Positions 57,006-64,000 of a stretch of DNA of 64,000 nt are shown here, piece by piece. This stretch comes from Pleomorphochaeta sp. (lineage in GTDB: Bacteria; Spirochaetota; Spirochaetia; Sphaerochaetales; Sphaerochaetaceae), in contig JAQQAS010000047.1 in the NCBI GenBank assembly GCA_028532815.1, positions 10,841 to 74,840 of the forward strand, in the 5' to 3' direction. The notes under the pieces were generated by a model that saw only the letters and a list, made by a program, of their open reading frames with translations, searched no databases and had not been told where the DNA came from. Every line of letters begins with the position of its first letter. The first letter of the stretch is position 1. A program made the translations under genes and the position numbers.

Positions 57006-57602
57006 TTATCTCCTCATAACATTGTCGATAAGTCCATATTCTAATGCTTCATCTGCATTTAAGAAGAAATCTCTTTCTACATCAGAAGCAATAATTTCTC
57101 TATCTTTATTTGTACAATCAACTAAAATGTCGATTGAAAGCTTTTTAATTCTTAGCAATTCTTTTGTATGGATTGCTATATCAGTAGCTTGGCCTTCAAC
57201 CCCACCCCAAGGTTGGTGAATCATAACTCTAGCAGAAGGAAGAATATGTCTTTTTCCTTTTGCTCCCGCAGCTAATAATAGAGCAGCCATGCTAGCAGCT
57301 TGTCCCATACAGATTGTCTGTACGTCAGGTTTAATATACTGCATTGTATCATAAATTGCTAATCCTGCGGTAACACTACCACCAGGACTATTAATATAAA
57401 TACTAATATCTTTGTTGGGGTTCTCACTTTCTAGAAAAATTAATTGAGCAACTACAAGGTCAGCAGTTGAGTCATTTATTTCTCCATCTAAGAAAATGAT
57501 TCTATCTTTGAGTAATCTGCTGAAGATGTCGTAAGAACGTTCACCAACACCGGATTGTTCAACTACCATTGGAATCATTGATTGCATTCGTGGTTTGTCC
57601 AT
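57006..57602 (-). CDS. clpP: ATP-dependent Clp protease proteolytic subunit ClpP
   Basis: Motifs [11 protein letters not shown] (Ser), MIHQP (His) and ERDFF (Asp region). 198 aa. Confidence 0.95.
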   Translation of the reverse strand: MDKPRMQSMIPMVVEQSGVGERSYDIFSRLLKDRIIFLDGEINDSTADLVVAQLIFLESENPNKDISIYINSPGGSVTAGLAIYDTMQYIKPDVQTICMGQAASMAALLLAAGAKGKRHILPSARVMIHQPWGGVEGQATDIAIHTKELLRIKKLSIDILVDCTNKDREIIASDVERDFFLNADEALEYGLIDNVMRR

Positions 57603-57621
57603 AAATTACTCCTATTTATTG

Positions 57622-57654
57622 TTAAAAAGGCGGAACTGTACATAGTCCCGCCTT
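57622..57654 (-). terminator. Hairpin plus U-run between tig and clpP (possible attenuating terminator)
   Basis: On the minus strand: AAGGCGG ... CCGCCTT stem followed by UUUUU. Confidence 0.5.
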
Positions 57655-57678
57655 GATTTATAAAGCAAATTGTTTGAA

Positions 57679-59022
57679 TTATTCAGCTACAGGGCCATTC
57701 ATTAATTCATCATAGCTTAATTTTTTACTTTCTTTGAAAGTGTTGTTTTCAATTAAGAAATCATTTACTTTTTGAAGTTTTAATTCATCAGTAATCATTT
57801 CTTTTAAATAATCAAGTTGGTCTGCTTTGTAAGATGATGTATCACCTAAAGCTTCTGTTAATTCTTCATCAGTTACTTCAAATGTTTCAGCATCTTTAAT
57901 TTTTTCTTTAATTAAACCCATGTTAATATCTTTGATAATTGAAGGTGTCCATGTTTCTTTTAGTTGATCTAAAGTCTGACCTTGCATTTCAAAAATCTTA
58001 GCAAATGTGTCCATATCCATGTTGTTTGATCTTGCAATGTTGTTGATTTGTTGATCAGCTTGAGCATCGATCATTGATTTAGGTGGAACAATTGGGCATT
58101 TTTCAATTAAAGCATCTACAACAGCTTGGTATTTTAAATCTTTAAGTTGTTGTTGAGCTCTTTCTTCTAATTTAACTTTTGTAGCTTTCTTTAAGTCTTC
58201 TACAGTTTTATATTCTTCATTAACATCTTGAGCAAATTCATCATCTAATTCTGGAACATCGTTAAATTTAACTTCTTTCATATCAATTTTGATTGAAATA
58301 GTTTTGCCAGCATAAGTTTCATCAGCAAAGTCTGCTGCAAACTCTTTAGAAATAGTTTTGCTATCTCCGCTCTTCATACCAATGAATTCATTGTCTAATT
58401 CAAAATAGTTTTGAGTTTTACCAATAGTAATTACTGCATCTTTCTTATTGAAATCACCTATCTCATTACCATCTTCGTCTAATTGTGCAAAATCAACAGT
58501 AACAATGTCACCTTCAACTGCAGCATCTTCTTTACTTACAACAAAAGCGTTTTGTTGGCGAAGTTTTTCGATTTCTTTATCTACATCTTCATCAGTTATT
58601 TCAACAGTTGGTGCTTCAAGTTCTAAATTCTTATACTCAGGAGTTTCGAATTGAGGCATAACATCATATGAAACTGTATAAGTTAAATCTGTATTAGGTT
58701 TGAAAGGAGTTAAGCTTTCTTCATTGATTAAATTAGGTGTACTGAAAGCAAGAGGTTTGTACTTATCTTCAACTTCATCCAAAGCTACCTTTAAGTTTTC
58801 TTCAAGTTCATTGAAGGTAGATTCTTCACGAATCATTTTACCATATTTTCTTTCAATTAAGTTTAAAGGAGCTTTTCCTTTTCTAAAACCTTTAATTGTG
58901 ATGTCTTTAGCATACTTTTTTAATAAAGCAGTATAAGCATCTTCAATAGATTGTGCTGTCAATGTGATGGACAACTCGACTGAGGAATTTTCTGTTTCCT
59001 TGATTTGTTTATCAGCGATCAT
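57679..59022 (-). CDS. tig: Trigger factor
   Basis: 447 aa with the ribosome-binding signature GFRKGKAP. Acidic composition. Conserved tig-clpP-clpX order. Confidence 0.9.
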   Translation of the reverse strand: MIADKQIKETENSSVELSITLTAQSIEDAYTALLKKYAKDITIKGFRKGKAPLNLIERKYGKMIREESTFNELEENLKVALDEVEDKYKPLAFSTPNLINEESLTPFKPNTDLTYTVSYDVMPQFETPEYKNLELEAPTVEITDEDVDKEIEKLRQQNAFVVSKEDAAVEGDIVTVDFAQLDEDGNEIGDFNKKDAVITIGKTQNYFELDNEFIGMKSGDSKTISKEFAADFADETYAGKTISIKIDMKEVKFNDVPELDDEFAQDVNEEYKTVEDLKKATKVKLEERAQQQLKDLKYQAVVDALIEKCPIVPPKSMIDAQADQQINNIARSNNMDMDTFAKIFEMQGQTLDQLKETWTPSIIKDINMGLIKEKIKDAETFEVTDEELTEALGDTSSYKADQLDYLKEMITDELKLQKVNDFLIENNTFKESKKLSYDELMNGPVAE

Positions 59023-59484
59023 GCTATCTTCTTCCTTTTTGGTCGCTTTGACCTAAATAAAATATCCGGTACAAGTCTTAGACTTGTTAGTTACTAAAGT
59101 ATTATAACCTATGAGATTATACACAAACAAAAATGTTTGAACTACCCTAAAGTTAATAAAAAATTAAACAAAGGCAAGAAAAAACATCAAAAAAACTAAT
59201 TTTTAATAAAATTAGCATGATGTTTGTTTTTTTCTTTAATATTGCTTGCCTAATATATCAAATAGATAAATTTTTGCCAACACTTTAATAATGATAATTA
59301 TATAATATTCATTATAATTGTAGACCGTCAAGGGATATAGAGAAATATAATAGGTGAAAAAAAATAAGAGTTTCTAATTATGTTTTTATATTGCAATATT
59401 TTATAATAAATAATTTTTATACTTGAATTCTAAAGTATTATACATTAATTTTAAACAATTATAAGATAGTAAAAAGGAAACATC

Positions 59485-59691
59485 ATGGCAAAAATGACTA
59501 AAAAAATACAAATTAAAATATTGCATTTAGCTTTATTTATTATAATGGGATTACTTATTTTTATTAACATCGATTCTTTAAGTGATTTAGCAACTGATAA
59601 TCCAGCTATTGCTTCAATTGTTTTAATTCTAGTAATGTTTTTACCTGCTTTTTTGCATATGAAGTTATTAAGAAGAAAAAAAAGAAAATAA
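59485..59691 (+). CDS. Small two-helix membrane protein with a basic tail; hypothetical
   Basis: 68 aa. AAGGAA RBS, followed by a strong terminator. Confidence 0.35.
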   Translation: MAKMTKKIQIKILHLALFIIMGLLIFINIDSLSDLATDNPAIASIVLILVMFLPAFLHMKLLRRKKRK

Positions 59692-59693
59692 AA

Positions 59694-59739
59694 AACAGAT
59701 TATATTAGGAATATTCAAAATATAATCTGTTTTGTTTTT
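59694..59739. terminator. Bidirectional terminator
   Basis: 11-bp stem ACAGATTATAT / ATATAATCTGT (59695-59705 and 59720-59730), then a T-rich tail. Confidence 0.65.
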
Positions 59740-59757
59740 AATATAAATATTAAAAAA

Positions 59758-61095
59758 TTAAAGAGCTAAAGATCCCATTGGGTCCCAAGGTTTTAATACG
59801 ATTGGCTCTTTTTCTAAAAGTTCTAATTGTTTTTTTGTTAAATATTTTTTATTGACTACGATTTGATAAGTATATTCATTAAACCAATCATCACTCATAA
59901 CAAAATAGCCTTTGTTACCATGAGCATCTCCCCAACTGTTTTCAACACGCCATTTATTTGGTTGAGCATCTTCATTGAGATTAACACCTGATAAAACCAT
60001 TGCATGAGTCATTAGAGATTCTCCATAATCTAATCTTTGAGCTTTTGTCATGGGGAAGGTTGTGCTAAATAGATTATTAAAGTCATAAATATCTAAGGCC
60101 ATAATTCCTGTTTCTTTATCACTAGATTGGCCAACATCTGATCCAAACCATACAGCTTTGCCATCTTTCATTTGTTTTATTGCTGCTTGTTTTAATTCAT
60201 CAATAGGTAAGTTTAAATATTTTACAGGATTTCCACCTTGAACGTTACCAAGATATTTAACTGTGTAGGTGTTGTAATAAGGTTTATCACTTGTTGGAGC
60301 GTTGATAAGACTAACGTACTCACTCATATCCATATCGACATATTTAGAATAGAATTCTTGAGGAGTTATATCATTAATTCTAACAAATTTATCATCTTTA
60401 TCTTTTATTTCAAGTTTTACTGTTTTAGGTGGTTCTCCTAAGCAAATGGCTAAAATTCTATAAATTGAGTCTAGCATTTCCTCTTTAAGAGATCTTAATA
60501 AACAAATATCGTTTGTTTCTTTAGATTTTTCTCTAATTAAAACAGCAAATTCTCTTAATTTCTTTGTTAATAAATTATCCATATATTTGGATTGTGAAGA
60601 ACTAAAGCTTTCTGGCATAGAAGTCTTAGGAACAACACCATATTTATCAATTAAGGAGGCGAACATATCCCACTGTCCACCATCACCTAAAGGATCTGTG
60701 AGTAAGAAAGCTACTTCTCTTGAATCTAATGGTAAATCGATTGTATCAATGATATTTTCTAAAAAGTGATTTGATTTTTCTAGTTTGTCCCAAAAGAATG
60801 GGTAGGCTTGAGATAGTTCAAAAGTTTCAAGATTGAGTTTATCCATAATTTCTAATCTCATTACATTAAGTGCTGCAAACATCCAACATCTACCTGATAA
60901 TTTTTGATTGGTAATATCGCCAGTTTTTATTTCTATTGAGTATTGATGAGTATTTGTAACAGTACTTTTCATAGTTCTTGCACTTTTTATAATGCCATTA
61001 TTAACAACAGCATTTTGAGCTACAAGGTTTTTATCACAAGAATTAAAGTTTTCTTGAAATTTTTTTAATTGTTCATTAGTGATTAAATTTTTCAT
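59758..61095 (-). CDS. pepC: Aminopeptidase C (bleomycin-hydrolase-type C1 cysteine peptidase)
   Basis: Catalytic Cys motif QKLSGRCWMFAALN, HAMVLSG (His) and ENSWG. AGAGG lies 7 nt before the ATG at 61095, which is preferred over 61125. Confidence 0.85.
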   Translation of the reverse strand: MKNLITNEQLKKFQENFNSCDKNLVAQNAVVNNGIIKSARTMKSTVTNTHQYSIEIKTGDITNQKLSGRCWMFAALNVMRLEIMDKLNLETFELSQAYPFFWDKLEKSNHFLENIIDTIDLPLDSREVAFLLTDPLGDGGQWDMFASLIDKYGVVPKTSMPESFSSSQSKYMDNLLTKKLREFAVLIREKSKETNDICLLRSLKEEMLDSIYRILAICLGEPPKTVKLEIKDKDDKFVRINDITPQEFYSKYVDMDMSEYVSLINAPTSDKPYYNTYTVKYLGNVQGGNPVKYLNLPIDELKQAAIKQMKDGKAVWFGSDVGQSSDKETGIMALDIYDFNNLFSTTFPMTKAQRLDYGESLMTHAMVLSGVNLNEDAQPNKWRVENSWGDAHGNKGYFVMSDDWFNEYTYQIVVNKKYLTKKQLELLEKEPIVLKPWDPMGSLAL

Positions 61096-61221
61096 AAAAT
61101 TACCTCTTACAAAAGAGAATAACATATTTAACTTAAAGCTAAAAGAATGATTGTTAGCTTAGTTTGTACAATTTAAATTAAGAAAGTTTGTATATATTAC
61201 TTTGTGAATAATTTTTTGTTT

Positions 61222-61962
61222 TTAAGAAAGTTTCTTATTACAAAATTTAAAAGCTTTTTCAATATCATTGGTAATTCCTGTATGCGATGTAATTATATAT
61301 TTACACTGTTTTTGTAAAGCAAATTCCTTTAATTTTTGAAGAGATTTAGAGTTTTGCTTATTATCAAATCCTAATAAATCAAAAAACCTATATCCAAAAC
61401 CATTTTTTAAAATGAGACTATCACCAACAAAGAGATATTTATTATCAATTAAGAAACACGTATGGCCTAAAGTATGGCCAGGTGTAAGAACTGGTTCAAT
61501 TTTTATATTTTCAATATTGAAAACTTTATCAGAGTTAAAATATGTAACAGGTGTTTCAATTTGTAGCTTATGATGGACCTTGATTGAACAAACTTTTAGT
61601 CTTTCTTTCTCTTTTGTTATATGTGACTTCTCTTTTTCATTCAGATATATTTTTGCATTAGGAAAACTAGAATTTTTCTCATAAAGACATCCAGCGTGAT
61701 CACTGTCTAGGTGCGTTAAAAAAATTACAGAAATAGAATCTTCACTTATACCAATTTCTTGAAAAGAGTCTTTTCTTGTTTCACTGTTTTTATAACCACT
61801 ATCAATAGCTATTGAGATATTATCTTTGTTGTAAATAAAATAATTTGAATCTCCATCCTTTATTGAATAAAGATTTTCAAATAATTTTTGTGTAGGTAGG
61901 GGATCTATAATTGAAAATGTCTTTTTCTTAAATTTTTTTATAATATCTACAATATCTGCCAT
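61222..61962 (-). CDS. MBL-fold metallo-hydrolase
   Basis: Motif LTHLDSDHAG and later TPGHTLGH. 246 aa. Confidence 0.7.
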   Translation of the reverse strand: MADIVDIIKKFKKKTFSIIDPLPTQKLFENLYSIKDGDSNYFIYNKDNISIAIDSGYKNSETRKDSFQEIGISEDSISVIFLTHLDSDHAGCLYEKNSSFPNAKIYLNEKEKSHITKEKERLKVCSIKVHHKLQIETPVTYFNSDKVFNIENIKIEPVLTPGHTLGHTCFLIDNKYLFVGDSLILKNGFGYRFFDLLGFDNKQNSKSLQKLKEFALQKQCKYIITSHTGITNDIEKAFKFCNKKLS

Positions 61963-62156
61963 CTTTTATCCTTAATTTAATAATAAATTGGTTATGTATT
62001 TATTTTGACGATTAATTAATAAAGTGTCAATATAAACATATTTAAAATAAGTGTAATAAATAAATTAAAAAGGTAAACCTCAATAAAACACATAAAAACC
62101 TATCTTTAATATGTTTGATATTAAAAATAGATCTTATTCAAAAAGTTTTTATATAT

Positions 62157-63074
62157 TTATTTATTAGAGGATAGGGCATATCCTTTCATAAAAGAATTGT
62201 ATAAAAGTGCAAATATTACTAATGGGGGAATTATTGTAACAAAAGCTCCAGCCATTACCAAATTCCATTGAATTGAATCTCCAGCACTTTGGATTGCATT
62301 TAGTCCAACTTGAATTACTTGAGCACTATCGTGCTGGATTATTATTCTTGGCCAAATATATTGATCCCAAATATATACAAATTGAATTAGTGTAAGAGCT
62401 CCGATTGTGTGGATGCTCATAGGAACTAATATTCTAAATAAAAATTGGAAAGAATTTACACCATCCATTTTAGCTGCGTCACAAATACTTATAGGAATTG
62501 AAAGGAATTGTTGTCTAAACAAAAAGACTCCTGTAGCTGAAGCTAAAAAAGGTATTATTATTGCAATTTTTGTATCACCTATTCCAAATCCATATTTAGT
62601 AGGTGCAAATAATAATTCCATAGGATTTAAAATCCAAAGAATGAATTCACTGAAACTAGAAGCTGGGGCATTACTTACAACTTCAAATAATCCTAGTATA
62701 AGGATTTCAATTGGAAACATTAGTGTTATGATAATAAATGCAAAAATGAATTTCTTAAATCTAAATTGATAAAATACTAAAGCATTTGCTGCAAATAATG
62801 ATAAAACTACTTTGCCCAGGGTTATTATAAAGGCATATGAGAGGGAGTTTAACATATAGGTGTGCATATGATAATCAATCCAAATATGTTTTATATTTGA
62901 AAAAAACGAAGTTCCAATTTTTAGAGAAGGCGTTGTTACTTCAACTAATGATTGTGTACTTTTAATTATTGTAAATACTAAAGGAAAGCACACTAAAAAT
63001 ACTGAAATAATTAAAATTATATGAATCCAAATTGGATCTTTTTGTTTTTTGATTTTATTTTTATTAAACATCAT
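62157..63074 (-). CDS. Sugar/glycerol-phosphate-type ABC transporter permease (UgpE/MalG-like)
   Basis: Six TM helices. EAA-like loop DAAKMDGVNSFQFLFRILVPM. Confidence 0.8.
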   Translation of the reverse strand: MMFNKNKIKKQKDPIWIHIILIISVFLVCFPLVFTIIKSTQSLVEVTTPSLKIGTSFFSNIKHIWIDYHMHTYMLNSLSYAFIITLGKVVLSLFAANALVFYQFRFKKFIFAFIIITLMFPIEILILGLFEVVSNAPASSFSEFILWILNPMELLFAPTKYGFGIGDTKIAIIIPFLASATGVFLFRQQFLSIPISICDAAKMDGVNSFQFLFRILVPMSIHTIGALTLIQFVYIWDQYIWPRIIIQHDSAQVIQVGLNAIQSAGDSIQWNLVMAGAFVTIIPPLVIFALLYNSFMKGYALSSNK

Positions 63075-63999
63075 AATTTACCTTCTTTCCCACAATTCCA
63101 AATTGGAACATTGTAATTATCATTACAATAATCATTAATATAAATGTTTCAGCTGCAGCAAATCCCATATTTGAAGAGCCTCCAAACCCATCTAAAAATA
63201 TTTTATACATTAATGTTGTTGTCATTCCAACGTTATCCATAAATGGTGGTTGGCCCATAGGTCCACCTTTGGTTAATACATCTATAATTGCAAATGAATC
63301 AAATAGACTGTATGTGATATTTGTAAATAATAAGAAAAAAGATGTTGGACTTAAGAGTGGGAAGATAATGTGGATAAATTTAGAAAATCTTGATGCTCCA
63401 TCAATCTCTGCTGCTTCAAGTGGGTCTTTTGATATATTTTGAAAAGCTGCTATGTAAAATACTATGTTATAACCTAGGTTTTTCCATACTGCTGCAAATA
63501 CTGCAACGAAGAAAGCTAGATACGGGTTTGTAAGCCAACCTGGCTTTATATTAAATACTGCTTGTAAAATTGTATTTACAAGACCGACTTCTGGATTAAA
63601 TAGGAATGAAAAAACTGTTGAGGCTACTGCGGGAGATAGGGCAAAGGGCCAAATTAAAAGAAGGCGATAATATTTTGCACCTTTTATTTTTTCACTTGTT
63701 AAAACAGCAAGAAGCATTGAAATGCTTAATCCTAGTATTACAACAAAAAAAGCAAATGCTAAGGTTTGAAAACACGTTTGTATAAAGCCTGGGGCTAGGG
63801 CACCAGTAAAAAGATTTTTAAAATTCTCTAATCCAATAAATTTTCTTGTTCCTAATATAAAATTGCTTCTATAAAATGCTAATACAAAAGTTTTTAATGC
63901 CGGATAATATATAAATATAATTAGTACTAAAGATGTAGGTAATAAATAAAGGTAAGGAATTACCTTAGCCTTAAATATTGCATTTTTATTTTGATTCAT
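63064..63999 (-). CDS. Sugar/glycerol-phosphate-type ABC transporter permease (UgpA/MalF-like)
   Basis: Six TM helices. EAA loop EAAEIDGASRFSKFIHIIFPL. The start at 63999 is just inside the window, and any upstream SBP gene is not visible. Confidence 0.8.
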   Translation of the reverse strand: MNQNKNAIFKAKVIPYLYLLPTSLVLIIFIYYPALKTFVLAFYRSNFILGTRKFIGLENFKNLFTGALAPGFIQTCFQTLAFAFFVVILGLSISMLLAVLTSEKIKGAKYYRLLLIWPFALSPAVASTVFSFLFNPEVGLVNTILQAVFNIKPGWLTNPYLAFFVAVFAAVWKNLGYNIVFYIAAFQNISKDPLEAAEIDGASRFSKFIHIIFPLLSPTSFFLLFTNITYSLFDSFAIIDVLTKGGPMGQPPFMDNVGMTTTLMYKIFLDGFGGSSNMGFAAAETFILMIIVMIITMFQFGIVGKKVNYDV

Positions 64000-64000
64000 T

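Overview
This is a low-GC chromosomal segment. The organism looks diderm: the solute-binding protein has an SPase-I type signal peptide, there are Cys-lipobox lipoproteins, and one protein has a beta-barrel-like tail. I cannot assign taxonomy from sequence alone. TGA acts as a stop codon (ATGA start/stop overlap at 19487-19490), so the code is the standard bacterial one.

Gene content, left to right:
(1) A 12-kb cluster homologous to the E. coli ygeW / ygfK-ssnA / ygfM-xdhD / ygeY neighbourhood. This neighbourhood is linked to selenium-dependent molybdenum hydroxylases and anaerobic purine/urate catabolism. Here it is split into three transcription units.
(2) A caspase-fold lipoprotein, two c-di-GMP proteins, an ABC-F ATPase and a hypoxanthine-DNA glycosylase.
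(3) A conserved FAD protein interrupted by a single in-frame TGA.
(4) A cation/proton antiporter preceded by a terminator-type leader that resembles a fluoride (crcB-motif) riboswitch.
(5) A WYL regulator followed by a GNAT gene.
(6) A GH31/LacI locus.
(7) A DUF2089 / membrane / SHOCT-like triad.
(8) A ZIP transporter.
(9) A decayed mobile region next to tRNA-Leu(GAG): an IS3 transposase tail, two broken small genes and a dense short-repeat array.
(10) A phosphofructokinase (pfk) gene.
(11) A sugar ABC operon with a divergent ROK regulator, flanked by a perfect 24-bp inverted repeat.
(12) pepF and rdgB.
(13) A complete gcvT-H-PA-PB-lplA-lpd operon.
(14) nrnA-clpX-clpP-tig.
(15) pepC, an MBL hydrolase and two further sugar ABC permeases.

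The points most worth follow-up are:
- the poorly understood purine/selenium cluster and the near-identical 17-nt motif in front of two of its promoters;
- the fluoride-like leader;
- the in-frame TGA;
- the 24-bp inverted repeat;
- the degraded island at the tRNA.

No CRISPR array, rRNA or intact mobile element was seen. All domain calls come from motif reading and memory, not from searches.
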